A stretch of DNA of 62,841 nucleotides, counting the filler, from Choristocarpus tenellus KU-1152 (Eukaryota > Protista > Phaeophyceae): the NCBI GenBank assembly GCA_964200185.2. It is 11 parts of 11 records of this genome, joined end to end, with 100 filler letters (N's around TTAATTAATTAA, not from the genome) between each part and the next. Parts side by side here need not be neighbours in the genome. Positions count along the whole stretch, not along the records: positions 53,612 to 56,137 come from CAXNAD020027061.1; positions 56,238 to 59,081 come from CAXNAD020024254.1; positions 59,182 to 62,841 come from CAXNAD020018665.1; 8 more parts are not named here. One strand, 5' to 3'. The notes beneath the pieces are model-generated. The model did no database searches. It had not been told where the DNA came from and saw only the letters and a list, made by a program, of their open reading frames with translations. This document shows, in pieces, positions 53,612-62,841 of this stretch. A program made the translations under genes and the position numbers. The stretch's first letter is position 1; each line of letters opens with the position of its first letter.

Positions 53612-53681
53612 ACAAAAAAAGTGAAAATAGAAAAAAGGGTGAAAAACGGACGCCGACACCCCCCCCCAGATACTTTGACCC
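53612..53681. mobile_element. MITE B terminus (contig start)
   Basis: CCCCCCCAGATACTTTGACCC. Confidence 0.7.
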
Positions 53682-55389
53682 TGAGGGTTGACTTCTCTAT
53701 TGCTTCAAACGTCTGGACACAAATCGGACACTGTCCTACATCCATTTGTAAAAAAGCAGAATGTTGCACATATTTGCCTGCATCCTTAAATTACAACTCG
53801 GGGTACCTCTAGTTTACTTCGACGCATTATTAGTTCAGGACTCCTTATTGCCCACATATGGGAGGCCAAAGTTATACACTGACTCCACAGCTATATACGT
53901 ATGCATTTTAATTTTGCCCAATCACTCATATACAGGCACAAATTGACCCCCTATCAATCCTTCTACCTAGGCACAGCCCCATCCCATTGCTATATACCTC
54001 CTTGAGCTACTGGAGCACCGTGACTACTGACTGGTGAAGTTTCTTCTCTTTCTCCAAAGGAAGAGAGCACGCAGCCCCCCCGTGCACCATTCTTCCTTCT
54101 GTAGCCCTAGTACTTTGGCCGACTGCGGGCAAATGTTCTCTTCTTTTCCCTCAACATTGCCGCCAAAGGGTTACCCAGACGCAACCCCCGACTGACACCC
54201 ACTTCGCTCACAGCATTGTTTCCTCCAGTATCTCATTCTGAGCACAGAAAGTTGGCCCCAATCTATCGTGCTTGTTACAAGTGAGACAGAAGTACTTGGG
54301 TTATTACTCCACAGTATTATTGCAACTGGTTTGTCTGAGTGGATTTGATTCTCCACACGGGTGTAATTCTGTAGACAAACCGGAAAGGAACGAGTTGCAA
54401 AGTGAGATACTGGCACCAAGCATACATGAGGTTGTTTGCAAGGGACACCCATGAAAGAGAGAACGAGCATCTTTGCCACATGTTGGTCTGCGGCACATAT
54501 ACGAACACAGCAGCATAAGTGGAGCGTAGGTCACACTCCCACTTAGTCGTTTGTATCCTGCGCTCCAACCACCATCGTCTCACATGCGTTGGAAGGTCTG
54601 ATGAACGGAAGTCCATACCCCCATGCGCTACATAGACCTCAAACGACACCCTCTCATTGTCCACTTCGATTGGTAGGAGGTAGATCGTAAATTTCGTTTG
54701 TGCGATTGCCTACAAACCCACTTTCTGGCACTTTGTGAAGTGATCTCATCGCACTCGGAACAATGAGTGCAAGCAAAGGGAGGGGTGTGCCTCTAACTGC
54801 TAACGACGATTGATCTTGGGAAATACGAAGCACAAACCAAGTCAAACAACAACTTTACCCTCGTGATATACTTCTCTTCCTTGTGTATGGTATCGGGTGC
54901 AAGCAAAGGACAATCCTTTGCACGATTCCTTTGAGTAGCATGCTCTATAGGAGAATTTGAAAAAGTGAATGGATTTTGAGTAGTATTGTTATTGAAAGTG
55001 GAAACAAATTGATGGTGGGACTCGCCTTCATGCTAATGAGGGTGCGACATTGACATAAAACTGGCTCTATGTTTTAGGTACAAACACTTCTTCTATATAA
55101 AAAAATATATATTATCTCGCTCGCGTCAACAAAAGTGATTTCAATACAATCAATACCTTACCGCATCCGCGCGCGTCCCCTCTCCACCCACAACACCACC
55201 AAGATCAAAAAGTGTTGCACCTTACTCTCAACCTGGAACCTCTAACCCAGAGGAATCAGATTGATTGAAGGAGAAGAGGGCGACACTACCGTTCAATTGG
55301 TGCAACTACTGTGAGATTTTTCATCAGGGGTTCCCTCAAGTTGAGCGATCACCTACTGTGGAAGTTGAGTCAACGTAGATCGATCCACA

Positions 55390-56137
55390 GCCATGGGAAA
55401 GAAAGGCGACGCTAAGCAACCCAAGAAAACTCGTACCATTGCTTCATCTCCCGCTAGTGCAGGAAGCCTGGCAGATACCTCAGGAGATGGTGATGGACTT
55501 CGCGGGGAAACACTCCGTATGATAAAGGTGAGCACCCTTCCTCCTCATCAGCATCTTTGATTGTTGGATCACTGTGGCCATCCGTATTGTCGGATTCTTG
55601 CGTCTTCCCATTGCCTTACTTGCACGCTCTCTGAACCGATCTCACAGGAGCATTGATAGAGAGAATACAGCAGCCGCAACATGCTTCTTGTCGTCGCCAT
55701 GCACTGCCGTCGATGACCTTTTACTTGACTCTCCCATGCCTCATTCCTTGTGCCACAACGCGATGTTTTGTATATGCAATTGCGACGTTGTCTCTGGTTT
55801 GAAGTTAATCTTGTACCTGATAATCCATTCGTGCCATTGCCCCTCCTCCTTCTCTCTAAAACTTGGACGAGCAGGAATTGGGTATATCAGGGGCTGCTGA
55901 CACCTTTGGCACCTCACCTCCATCGGAAGTCAACAAGAACTGGGAGGGGGTAGGGGGCAGGGGGGGAGGAAGGGGTAGAGGAGGACGTGGAGGTAGTGGG
56001 GGCGTAGGACGCGGTGCTGTTGGAACCAATAGTCAGGGAAGAGATTCAGTCCATGGCAGGAGCAGGGAGCAGGGTAGTGGGAGGGGTTCAAGTGGAGGAA
56101 GGGGCGAGAGGGAGCGGCAAGGGTGGGAAAACAGGGG
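55390..56137 (+). mobile_element. Probable decayed LTR-retrotransposon gag region
   Basis: Broken ORFs ending in a Gly/Arg-rich GRGGRGG tract typical of gag C-termini; no diagnostic motif confirmed. Confidence 0.3.
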
Positions 56138-56559
56138 NNNNNNNNNNNNNNNNNNNNNNNNNNNNNNNNNNNNNNNNNNNNTTAATTAATTAANNNNNNN
56201 NNNNNNNNNNNNNNNNNNNNNNNNNNNNNNNNNNNNNCCCCCCCTGGTGAAGGGAGCGTAGGTCAGATTGTCAAGGATTTGGCTGTTGACCCTTCCATTG
56301 ATGATGGGGAGGGAGGTCAGGTTGACTTGAGTCTGTCCAGAGACACTACCTGAGATGGTGAAGGGAGTGTGGGATATGTCTTATCGTCAAGTTCTCAGCA
56401 CTTGCCTCAGGCAGTTGCTGACCCAACAGCTGCCCGCACTGTAGCTCGCCAGCTGGAAGACTTTCTTCCCAATCCAGTCCGTGAACCTTGCTTTGAGTTG
56501 GGTAGGACTAGACACAGGAAACTGGTGCCAGAGCTGAAGGGAGTGCTGGTGTTGGTAAT

Positions 56560-57840
56560 GTGATGTCTCTTGTTGCTAGTGTAGAGAAGAAACACGTTGC
56601 TTATGCCTTGGCTGTACGGCCCATACCCGAGTCTGTGTTGACGAGTACCCCCCTGCATGATCGTCTTGTTTCTGAGTTGGAACCAGTCCCTCAACCTTTT
56701 GCTGAGGCTCAAAAGTCTGAATACTGGCCAGTATGGGAAGAGGCCATGTCTAAGGAGTTCGATGGTTTGTTGGACACAGGTACCTTCATTGCTGCAGATG
56801 TACGGTTTCCGCCCTTACACGCAATGGTTTTGAGCAGTGTCTGATTGACCCATGTATATTTCGACTCAGGAGGAATGGTGTTATCAAGATGATACTTGGC
56901 ATTCATATAGATGATATGATGGTTTTGGCGTCTGGTGATGATTGCAATGATCTTTGTGCTGCCCTGAATGAAGAGTTCCCCACCAAAAACCTTGGCTTAT
57001 TGCCTCAGTTTTCTGGTTGCACTTATACAAGAGATTGGAAGCGTGGTACCCTCTCCATTGCCCAGACTAACTATATTGACAGCTTATGTGAAGGTCTTTC
57101 CATCCAATCAACAACTCCCATCCCTGCAGCCCCGTCCAGAAAGCTTGGAATCAGGGAGGGGGACAATATCTCAAAGGATTGTCCCTTCCGAGATGCGGTA
57201 GGAGGGTTGGTGTGGGTCAGCAACATGACCAGACCAGATGTGACTGATGCAGTAAGAACTGTTGCCCGTCATTCGCATGCTCTGAGCCAAATACACTGGA
57301 GAGCTGTGACCCAGATCCTCAAGTACCTCAAAGGGACGCGAGAGTTGGGTCTAACCTACCGGAAAGGCAGAGGATCGGATTTGATTACCTACGCTGATGC
57401 GGATTGTGCCAATGAGTCCTTTGAGAGACGTTTTGTTTCCAGTGATATGTGGGGGAGCAGCAGTTGCTTCGCTTTCTAGGACCCAACGTCTCATAGCGCA
57501 GTCGACTGCAGAGGCAGAATACATAGCCATTGGGGGCTGTGTGGATGATTTGTTGTTTCTGCGAGGTGTGTTGGAGTTCTTGCAACCTGATAGGACTGGG
57601 TCGTGTTATGTAGTGTATGAGGATAACACAGGGGCCATCAATTTGGCTAACAACCCTTTGAGTTCCGGGAGGACTAAACAAATAGATGTGCGACACCATT
57701 TCCTAAGAGAATTGGAAGCCAATGGACAAATAAGGATTGTTCATGTTACCTTCAGATGAGCAGCATGCAGATGTATTCACCGAGTCTTTAGCAGAAGAAT
57801 CTTTTTGGAGGCATGCAGGGACTTTGGTAAATTTAGACTA
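56560..57840 (+). mobile_element. Ty1/Copia RT-RNase H pseudogene (RT N-terminal part deleted)
   Basis: PQPFAEA...WEEAMSKEFDGL..TGTF, GIHIDDM, TRPDV..AVR.VAR, YADAD, STAEAEYIA, YEDNTGAI, RTKQIDVRHHFLRE. Confidence 0.95.
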
Positions 57841-58795
57841 TGTTTAGTGGTTTGTTTCTCGCTGAATTTGAACTTCTTTGTGTTTGTTTGGGTTTAGTTT
57901 TTTCAGTGAGTTCAATAGCTGGTTGTTTTCTTGTCATACAGGATTGACCTGAGGAGTCCTTTAGGATCTAGGATCCATATTTGTACCTTTTCAGTTCTCA
58001 AGAGTTGTTAGAACTATGGAGGGTGTTCGATTAGACTCTTCCAACTCTATCGGACAGGTGTGGTAAAACTGTATGCGGAGTGAGGGAACAACCATTAGTG
58101 ATTGAGTTGATCAGAACCTTTAATTAGTGATTAGCTATATGAGAACATTTCTCATATAAATGGAAATATTTATGATTTTATGGGGTGCTGCATGCCCCAC
58201 CTAAATTTAATCAATCACTCTACAGACACCAAGCAATCTCCTTGGGTTTATCACCTTTATTGTTTTTGATGATTTGGGTGATACTTTAACAGGGACGGTC
58301 ATCAACCCAACGCAGGTGGGGCAAGACAAGAACGGAGGTATAGTGGTAGTGCAACAGGTAGTAGTTAGTATGACAAGTATTGCAGTGTGTTGCACCTCTA
58401 ACCACAGGTCGGATAGTCCCCTGACATAGTGAAGTGTAGAAAAGCAGATAATATATACAATTCAAATGATCAAGTCATTAACATCTGAACTACGCTGCGA
58501 ATCAGATGGATAATAAGTCGTGATTGTTAAAACATAGGCTACTCATATTTTGTGTACTTGATACGGATACTGTACAATATAGACTGATAGTCTATATGGG
58601 TCATACGCATTTAGTCAACTCTACTAGACAACAGGAGTGTTGGCTAAGTGGAACAAGTGTCATCGACGTCTGTTCGTGTGTGTGAAGTAATGAGTTTGAA
58701 TCTCAGATGTCCGGTTTCTTATTACTTGATAGAAATGGACTGTTGGAGGAGTTTTGAAATAGTTCTAGCTACACAGTATAAGTGACACAGTACGA

Positions 58796-59081
58796 TGTAA
58801 CGGCAGGGCACGTTTTGATGTGTCAGCTGATGAGTCAGCTGATATATGTAACAAACAATAAGACAATAAGAGAGAGCACCCCCCACCACCGAGGGCTGTG
58901 CTCACTCCGCTATTAAACATATCCATACCTCACAAAGCAAAATACTCTACTTGAGTAGTTCTTGTTTGCATAGATTATGAGCCTCAGCGGTATGGAAGCG
59001 GACCCCCGTAAGCTGCCACTCTGGAGTGGAGCACAGGGTCATACACGGGAGAAGTGGGCTGAATGGCGGATGGCTTTGGTG
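58796..59081 (+). mobile_element. Possible Copia 5' LTR (TG...CA, 58796-58970) with PBS-like site and gag start
   Basis: TGTAA...TTGCA followed by agattatgagcctcag (resembles GGTTATGGGCCCAG-type Copia PBS) and an ATG. Confidence 0.35.
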
Positions 59082-59181
59082 NNNNNNNNNNNNNNNNNNN
59101 NNNNNNNNNNNNNNNNNNNNNNNNNTTAATTAATTAANNNNNNNNNNNNNNNNNNNNNNNNNNNNNNNNNNNNNNNNNNNN

Positions 59182-59252
59182 CCCAAACATCGCGACATGA
59201 AAAAATGGACCCCAAATGGACAGCCACCCCCCCCCCCCAGATACTTCGAGCC
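59182..59252. mobile_element. MITE B partial (contig start)
   Basis: CCCCAAATGGACAGCCACC(C)nAGATACTTCGAGCC. Confidence 0.8.
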
Positions 59253-59876
59253 AAAATATTGATAAGAAAAGCCGACGGGGATCCTTCACATCCATCCTTT
59301 CCACAGACCACCTCAATTCGTACGTCCCTTCCTACATATGTTCTCGAATTCTCATTCCTATTGGCAGAAGGGTCAATCTCGATGATTATTGCCCTCTTCG
59401 CTGAAGGCTTGCCCTTACCGGAGTAAGCAGACAATTGCTGGACAATCCTAGCACCCAATCCGTCCTCGTCAGAACCGTCAACCTCCCTCGCCCTTTTACC
59501 CACAGAGTGAGCTTCTACTGACTCATCCGCGCTTGTGTCAACAGTATTGATGATTGGAAAATTTCGCGAATCCTTCCTCCCAAGCATAGATCTAGAGGGT
59601 ATGCTTGGCATTTCCTGCATGGCAGTGTGGTCATCTTCATTGGAAGAGTCCAAAACGCTTCCACCAGACCGGTTGCTATTGCAAGGAGAGTTGTCTTCTA
59701 ATCGCACGGTGGCCAGGTCCCCATTAGAGCGACTCCCCATCCTCCCGACTTTCTGGATCCTCGTGCCTTGCCGTCATTGCACCTCATCCCAATCCCTGTC
59801 CCTGTGTCAGTTGTCGTTGAGTTTTTGCAAGCTATCGCTGTCTTCCAAGTCCCCTGCATCCACTGGATTGCTACCC

Positions 59877-62841
59877 TGTTGAAACCTGAATCGAATGCAT
59901 AGTACATGTAAGTGAAATGCGTAGACTACTAGCAATGAGGAATCATGGTGTTGCAAAGCACCGATGAGTGATATGCGTAGTCTATGTTATGTATAGGTGT
60001 GATGATGCTGCAAAGCACCGATGTATTTATTCTGTTGTAACTGAGGTCATTGATCTCTCAGTCAAGAATGATGCGATGTTAATTTAGTATTCTTTCATGT
60101 GGTACACTGCGAAAGAAGTCCATGCTCTGTGGAGGGGCTTGTTACCTTGGCTGGCAAGGGTTCCGCGGATGGTTTTAACTCTGAATATATTACATCCATG
60201 TGTATGTTTGATACACAGTTTTCATAGTGGCGTTGATGCAATTTGAGAGATCAATGGCAGTCACGAAAGAAATAATAATCAGTCATCAATATAAAACTGT
60301 CATCTTCTGCTGATAAGGAGAAAGAGTGAAAGAAAAACAAACAACAGAGCAACAGAACAAAATTGAAACAATGTGTAATGCAACTAAAGTGACGTACACT
60401 ATACTATTTGTGTGGAACGCAGAGTGACTGTTCTGTACTAAGGTGTTCTGATTGTAGTTGATGCAGTGATGACGAAGTAGTCAAAGTAACGTCCAGAACG
60501 TAACAGACCAATCAACAGTCAGTGTTGACTGGTGGAACTGTATCGTATAAAGGAACAAACAGATGAGTAGCCTATGTTTTAAGATGACCTAGTAGCGCCA
60601 TCGGTGCTATGTGCTCTCCTCTCATCTTCTCTGAGCAGAAGTGTTGAAATCTCCTCACCGCCTTTATCACTCCCAGAGTCAAGTCCTCCACTACTACCAG
60701 GTCTCAATTCGCTACCCTCCACTGGTGTCTGTGAGGGTGTAAGCATGCTGAACTTGGACAGGTTCTAGCAAGGAGTTCCAGAGTCTTTGTGTTGTATTTA
60801 CCTCCCAGAATGGTACAAGTAATTACCGTCCCTCTTGACTGGCTTAGCATTTTGGCGACGGCATTTGAGTGTGACACACGGGTTTTGTCGTGTAGCTCAT
60901 CAACATCTCGTGTTCGATGGAGATTTGACCGTCTGGCGTGATCATGATGTGAGTTGCACGATTGAACTCTGCTACAGTGGACGTCAGGACAAATGAAGAG
61001 GCAAAGGTAATCGACGCTAAGCAACAATGGAGGATCGTTGCAGACAATTCTCTGATGTTAAAATGCAATGTGCTGCTTGGAGTCGGATGATGGGAGGTCT
61101 TCTACAAAAATTGGCTGTCCAAGGGATGAAATGTTTTGATGTTCATAATGGAACCGAAATAAATGAAAGCACGAGCAGTCGTGCATGGTTGGATTTATGG
61201 AAGATGGATAGCTTCGAAATTTCCAAAGACAAACACTATCAGCGACAAAGGTAGAAAATAGATACAGTCACACAAAATAAAATGTTGAGCGGCAGAATCA
61301 GGCCGTGTATGCTGTGTCGTGCCAATGGTCACTACACATTCAGAACACAATTATGTTGATGCATTCGTTATCTGTTTCAAAATATCTGTGACGCAAGTAG
61401 ACCTAGAGAAAAGTGGGTGTGTGAAAGTGTGTAATTGAGGGAATGAATCATATGAGAGTTGAAACAGTGTGGTTGAAGAGAAGAAGAATGTGTGAAGTAT
61501 AAATATTTTGCTGTCAGACAAATAGTACGGGGATATGCAGCCCACATGCGTCCTGTATGTGTGGGTGAACCCTCCACTTTTCCTGAGGGACTTCATCGCC
61601 ACATCCTGGTTGGCGTACCAACACACAGTGAACGACTGCACCACCCTAAAGAGGAACTTGTCCCATGGCGGAATATGTACAGCGTGTGAAAGAAAGGGCG
61701 ACCAGATTAGTGTAGGTGAACGAGGGAATGTGACGAGGAATGTTGGAGTGAAAGTATCTTAGAGGGTACGATTTTTGCCCTGTTTGTCCGATTGGGCTTG
61801 GCTTCTCACAGGAGGTTTATGACATTTTACCTACTCTGAACCGTTTCGGAGTAGGTAAAATGTATATATTTTGAAAAGGTGTGTCCTAACAAGGATATTG
61901 ACACTCCCTAATAAACACGATAGCCAAAATTACATCAAAATCGCAGCATTGGATTTTGTCCCCCAAATAGACGCAGCTCTACCCTCTAAGATACTTTGAC
62001 TCTTTGTTACCCTCATACCGCAAATAACACCGTGTGATACAAGGCACGAACCGGACATCTAAAATGTAGATGGCTACATATGGTATGAGTGTGGTGTTTT
62101 TCGACCACCTCGATTGGAGACGTTTGATGTTCAAGTATGGGCAAGGCGGTATTACAATTACACTGTCGCACTTCTTGTGGTCTCTCCATACGCCGAGCAA
62201 AAAGTCTCGACCTCGTCCATTTCTTGTCGAAAGGAGTGAGGTCAACGAAAGAGGGAGAGTGGTTAGTCTTCCACACCAAATTTGTTTTAATCTACGTGGA
62301 TAACAAAAACGAAATGATTTCTAATGATCACACGAAATACTTCCTCAAAAAAGAGTCAGTGAAACCCTGTCCTTATCTGGACAAGGGCGGCCACGGAGTT
62401 ATGGAATTGAGTTGTGGTGCGGTATGGTCTGTGACATTCATGATACCACTCTCGAAATTTGCATCCTCCCAGGCCTTGTTCAGGAATGCCTTTATCGTAG
62501 GAGCATCTTGACGTCCACCAGAAACACGCAGACTTTTCCTCCTCAAAGTTACTATCTCAAGACAAAACTAGATGCACTGACTCACCAGCGACCTGTTGTC
62601 TCTTGACTCTGTCACATACGGTGGGGCCGGTCATAAGTATACTCTCGCCTATACTCCATGATCGCTCGTTGTTGAAACCTGAATCGAATGCATCGTACAT
62701 GTAAGTGAAATGCGTAGACTACTAGCGATGAGGAATCATAGTGTTGCGAAGCACCAATGAGTGATATGCGTAGTCTATGTTATGTATAGGCGTGTTTGTG
62801 CTGCAAAGCACCGATGTATTTATTCTGTTGTAGCTGAGGTC
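59877..62841 (-). mobile_element. Short, internally deleted LTR element (Gypsy-like); LTRs begin at 59877 and 62670 in + coordinates
   Basis: 172-bp direct repeat starting TGTTG with about 10 mismatches, running off the window end; internal RNase H-like HFNIRELSA...MLMSY...NAVAKMLS on the - strand. Confidence 0.7.
61746..62002. mobile_element. MITE A, full copy (257 bp)
   Basis: GAGTGAAAGTATCTTAGAGGGTA ... TACCCTCTAAGATACTTTGACTC. Confidence 0.9.

Noticed and set aside
54171-54900. SWIM zinc finger / MULE C-terminal fragment
   Set aside because: Cys spacing could not be reconstructed convincingly by eye
59253-59876. 204-aa minus-strand ORF as a host gene
   Set aside because: Low complexity, bounded by a MITE and an LTR; may be a retroelement linker region, no diagnostic motif

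Overview
Eukaryotic, intron-containing, transposon-rich DNA, most consistent with a stramenopile/brown-algal genome (inference from gene structure, a bipartite plastid presequence and TTAGGG tracts). The window is not one locus. It is 11 contig pieces joined by ten identical artificial 100-nt linkers (44 N + TTAATTAATTAA + 44 N), so no synteny can be read across linkers. Host genes I can support: a 4-exon endonuclease III/HhH-GPD-like gene with an apparently degenerate active site (-), an intronless STI1/DP-repeat protein (+), a 4-exon UBE2S (+), a 4-exon probably plastid-targeted SANT/Myb-like protein (-), an EF-hand terminal exon, and ankyrin-repeat exons. The rest is mostly decayed Copia, Gypsy, LINE, Mutator-like and mariner-like elements, three MITE families and a 77-bp tandem array. 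Most notable: (1) tandem intron-exon cassettes, each carrying one phase-0 117-nt ankyrin exon, where the exon is far more diverged than the adjacent intron, resembling the exon-shuffling candidate immune receptors of brown algae but built on ankyrin repeats; (2) two MITE families that share a terminal core and subterminal motif and are nested reciprocally in each other. All alignments and counts were done by eye.
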